Assembly: GCF_009914755.1 (NCBI RefSeq)
Contig: NC_060929.1
Reading direction: 5' to 3' (one strand)
Length of the DNA stretch: 64,000 nucleotides
Origin: the human T2T-CHM13v2.0 reference genome, Homo sapiens
Both the position numbers and the translations under genes were made by a program. The notes under the pieces are model-generated. The model saw only the letters and a list, made by a program, of their open reading frames with translations. It had not been told where the DNA came from and ran no database searches. Below, piece by piece: positions 60,057-64,000 of the stretch. Each line of letters begins with the position of its first letter. Position 1 is the first letter of the stretch.

Positions 60057-60510
60057 TGTTATGGGATCTTTGGGGTGTCACTTTGGAGGCTGGAAATCTC
60101 TGTGGCTAATGTGCCTTTGCCCAAGTTCTTATCCTGTGTCCAGGAAGAATGAGGTAGGCAAACAAGTGGAAGGTTAACAAGAAGGAGAGGAGCTTTACTG
60201 AGTGTTACAACAGCTCAAAGGAGAACTGCAGTGGGTAGCTCCTCTCTGTAGGCAGGTCATCCTGTCCAGTGTTCAGCTCTCAGCAGAGAGGAGTCCCTCG
60301 AGAGGGTTGCTCCTCTCTGCAACTGGTCATCCCCATGTCTGCAGCTCTAAGCAGAGAGGGTAGCTCCTCTCTGTAGCTGGTCATCCTTCATTGCTCCATC
60401 CTCTCCTCTGCTCTGGCTGATCCCAGGGCTTTTATGGACCTCAGAGGGGAGGTAGTGCATGCTGATTTGTCCATGGGTGGCCATGGGCAGGCCAGAAAAG
60501 GCACCACACC
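60057..60510 (-). mobile_element. MER52-like LTR fragment with internal short tandem units
   Basis: tgttatgggatctttggggtgtc...gtgtccaggaagaatgaggt; repeated gggtagctcctctctg...ggtcatcc units. Confidence 0.7.
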
Positions 60511-61284
60511 TCTTTGTTGCTCTCTCCCATTCACGAAGACTAGCCAGAGCAAGGAAAGAGAAAGAGAATTTTCAAAGAATGGATCCATACTTCTATGCTA
60601 TTTAAAAGGTGAAAGTTGGAGTAGATAGTCCATCATTTAGCCAAAAGCTTATTTATGCAACTTGGGATATTAAAAAATTAACCTCAACAAGTGGTAGAGT
60701 GGTCAACTGTTTTTCATGACAGAAGAAGAAAATGTGTTAGCATTTTCCCAGAGAAATAAGGGATTCTGATGGTAATGGCCCCACAGATGAGCACATGAGG
60801 GAATTTTTAAATAGCCTCAATTTACATAAATGCCAAAGGACAAACAGAAATAACATATATTCGAGTCACATGTGTTATTGCCCCATGAACCTCTAACTAA
60901 GTCTCTCACTTTCCTGGATGTACTAACAAAAGCATACAAGTTAGGGTGACTTCTGATAAACCATAGAAGGACTAATTTCCACATCTAAATTAATGTGGAG
61001 CAGAAAGAGAAACAGCAAAAAGGTAGAGAGTAAACACTTTGGATTCTTCAGTAGAAGGAAAAACTGAGTGAAAGGTGACCAAAAGGATAGTATTCGTCAA
61101 TCTCTAGGTGTGGAAAAGATTGTGGCTTGAAGTTTCAGGGGATTGGGTGCCGCTGTTAAGTAGCATAGAGCTAAGACAAACTACATAGGGGAAGGTTCTC
61201 TCAGGCTGTTTCGCTCAACTTTGCTATGGCAAGAGGTAGATAAGAGTTCCCCACTGCTTTAAAACAATAAAGTTGGGATGATGT

Positions 61285-61336
61285 AATATATATATATGTG
61301 TGTGTGTGTTTGTGTGTGTATGTGTGTGTGTGTGTG
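61285..61336. repeat. (TA)n(TG)n microsatellite
   Basis: Directly visible. Confidence 0.92.
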
Positions 61337-61344
61337 TTTTGTTG

Positions 61345-61635
61345 TGTTTTTATGAGATATGTTCTCACTCTGTCACCCAGGCTGGAGCACAGTGGCACAA
61401 TCATGACTCACCATAGCCTTCACCTCCCAGGCTCAGGCAATCCTCCCACCTCAGCCTCCCAAGTACCTGGGACTACAGTCATGCACCACCATGCACAGTT
61501 AATTTTTGTATGTTTTGTAGAGACAGGGTTTCGCCATGTTGCCCAGGCTGGTCCCCAACTCCTGGGCTCAAGTGATCCACCCTTTTAGGCCTCCCAAAGT
61601 GCTGGGATTATAGGCATGAGCCACTACACCTGGCC
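61345..61635 (-). mobile_element. AluJ-like element
   Basis: Dimeric Alu with ctcctgggctcaagtgatcc. Confidence 0.9.
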
Positions 61636-61639
61636 CCAT

Positions 61640-62469
61640 AGATGTGTTATTGAGGACTAAGCTCTGATTTTTTTTTTTTTAAATCTTGCCCAAACTCCTA
61701 TCTAAGGGATCTGGGGACTCATGCCCTTCAAACCATAAATTCTCATCAGATGGGTTTTATTTAACCCTCTTTATCATGACTTACTTTCTAATCTGACTCT
61801 GGCATAACATTAGGTGACAAAGAAGAAAATCAAAATATTTTACCTCAAAACATGTTTCTTTGTCATATTTTGAAATGGCCCTGCAAAGCAGTCCTTTGTG
61901 GGGGGGAAATGTGCATCTGTAAAGAATCTCTATTAGCATAGCAAATAACGTAACATTTCTTTCAGGTCTTTCCAATCCTGAAGAGGTTCACTGAGAGTCA
62001 ACCACCTTTTAAAAGGTCTGAATAGGAAATATTTGTCATCTGTTGTCTCTTAGGGTAGCCACTATGAGACTTCAAAAGAACCTTGGTCTCCACAATCTTT
62101 TTTCTTAACCTGGACATTTCCTTTCTATTGATCCCAAGTCTTTAGACAAACTCAACCAATTGTCGACCAGAAAATGTTTAAATTTACCTACAGCCTGGAA
62201 GCCCTACCCCAAAACCCTACCCCAGCTACAACCCTCCCCTCCCCTGTCTTCAAATTGTCCCGCCTTTCTGGATCAAACCAATGTATTTCTCAAATGTATT
62301 TGACTGATGTCTCATGCCTCCCTAAAATGTATAATACAAAGCTTCACTGTGACCACCTTGAGCACACGTTCTCAGGACCTCCCAAGGTGTCACAGGCCAT
62401 GGTCACTCATATCTGGCTGAGAATAAGTCTCTTCAAATATTTTACAGAGTTTGACTCTTTTCATTGACA
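61640..62469 (+). mobile_element. MER4-family LTR
   Basis: gaggactaagctctgatt...catggtcactcatatctggctgagaataagtctcttcaaatattttacagagtttgactcttttcattgaca 3' end. Confidence 0.8.
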
Positions 62470-62545
62470 TTTTAATGTAGGAATATCTCTTTCACTCCCA
62501 ATTTCCATAAGCTCTTTGTATTGTGGCAATATAAAACAAATTTTT

Positions 62546-62867
<322 letters not shown>

Positions 62868-63060
62868 TTATTTTCTTGTCTTTAACACTTAAAAGGGGAA
62901 AATAAGAAAAAATAGGTTTTATACAGAGTTGGAAGAAAAATGTTAATAGCATCTACAAGTTGAACATTTCACTAAAGAGGAAGAAGCATAAAAATAATAA
63001 TTATAATATAATGAAAATATAAATGTATAACAAAACATAATAATTATAAAAAATAATTAC

Positions 63061-63214
63061 CTTTTTTTGGTTTTGTGCTTTAGAATATGTACACCCTGCA
63101 AAGCAGGGAGAAAAATATTCAATATCATCTCTTCCACATATAGAAGAATAAATTGAAGATGAGCATCTACATTTTTCATTGCAAGGAGCCGTGAGGTTTC
63201 CCAACTTCCCTGTT
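63061..63214 (-). CDS. SLCO6A1: SLCO6A1 internal coding exon (Kazal-like Cys-rich extracellular loop 5); upstream exons lie beyond the window
   Basis: tcttgtttttacag|A...AAA AAG|gtaatt; 154 nt; TGKLGNLTAPCNEKCRCSSSIYSSICGRDDIEYFSPCFAGCTYSKAQNQKK includes the OATP YxSPCxAGC motif; joins in phase 0 to the exon at 49813. Confidence 0.95.
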
Positions 63215-63324
63215 CTGTAAAAACAAGATTGAATGTAATCATATTACCATTGTTTTATAATTATTGATGCAAATGTCAAGATATCAGTGAGATCCATAAA
63301 ATATGCTTATTGAAATAATTTCTT

Positions 63325-64000
63325 TTTTTAACAGCTTTACTGAGGTCTGAGGTACAATAGACTGCACATACTTAGACTAAAATTTGAAGATTTTTGATAT
63401 GTGTATACACTTGTGAAATCATCACCAAAATCATGCCAACAAACATAATAATCAAAAGTTTATTTATAACAAACATAATAATAAAAAAAAAAACCCAAAA
63501 GTTTCCTTGTGCCCCTTGGTAATTTCCCCACTCCCTAGCATACACTGATCTACTTTCTGTTACTATTCACTTGTTTGAATTTCCTAAGTGTTTATGAAAT
63601 AGAATCATAGAATATGTCTGGTTTCTTTGGCTTCTTTCATGCAGCTGGTCTTTATTTGGTCTTTGTATGGTCATATGCTTCCATGTCTCTTGGGTAAATA
63701 TTAAGAAATAGAATGTTTGCATCATGCAGTAGGTGTTCACTTAACTTTTTAAGAAACTGTCAGTTTTTCAGAACTGTTGTGATATTTTACATTTCCATCA
63801 GCAGTGTATAAGAGTTTCGTTTGTTCTCCTCACCAACACTTGGTATGGTCTCTTTTTAAAAAAATGTTAGACATTTTAACGGGGTGTAGTAGTTTCATAT
63901 TTTGGGTTTTAATAGGCATTTTGCTAGTGACAAATGATGTCGATCATCTTTCCATATATTTCTTTTCAAACTGTATTTTTTATTAAATATCTGTTCAAAT
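63325..64000 (-). mobile_element. Old L1M (L1MC/MD-like) 3' end
   Basis: aacagctttactgagg...actgcacata...tttaagaaactgtcag...tacatttccatcagcagtgtataagagtt. Confidence 0.75.

Noticed and set aside
63057-63242. Alternative-frame ORF over the Kazal-loop exon
   Set aside because: It has no family similarity and its frame does not join the next exon; the other frame matches OATP motifs.

Overview
This is AT-rich, repeat-dense primate (very probably human) genomic DNA, not microbial. It holds the 3' end of one gene on the minus strand, which I recognise from its translated sequence as SLCO6A1 (OATP6A1, a testis-expressed organic anion transporter family member). Five coding exons (63061-63214, 49626-49813, 41052-41116, 38759-38896, 23422-23564) join in frame across GT-AG introns. 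They encode the Cys-rich Kazal-like loop, the last transmembrane helices and a C-terminus ending ...KKKEETDL*. A probable non-coding last exon lies at about 21850-22193. Most of the remainder is transposable-element debris: L1 (near full-length L1PA6-like, inverted L1PA3-like, L1PA4-like, old L1M), Alu, a complete THE1 element, MER21/MER41/MER4/MER52/MLT/MST LTRs, Tigger/hAT fossils, L2 and microsatellites. Nearly all other listed ORFs are L1 fragments or chance ORFs in repeats. I found no evidence of a new biological system. The most interesting items are retrotransposition events readable at base resolution: an L1 3' transduction with a 5' inversion inside an Alu, a twin-priming inversion with a 74-bp duplication, and a small TSD-flanked retrocopy of an LTR transcript end. 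SLCO6A1 itself also shows unusual features. Repeat subfamily names are from memory of consensus sequences and need RepeatMasker/Dfam confirmation.
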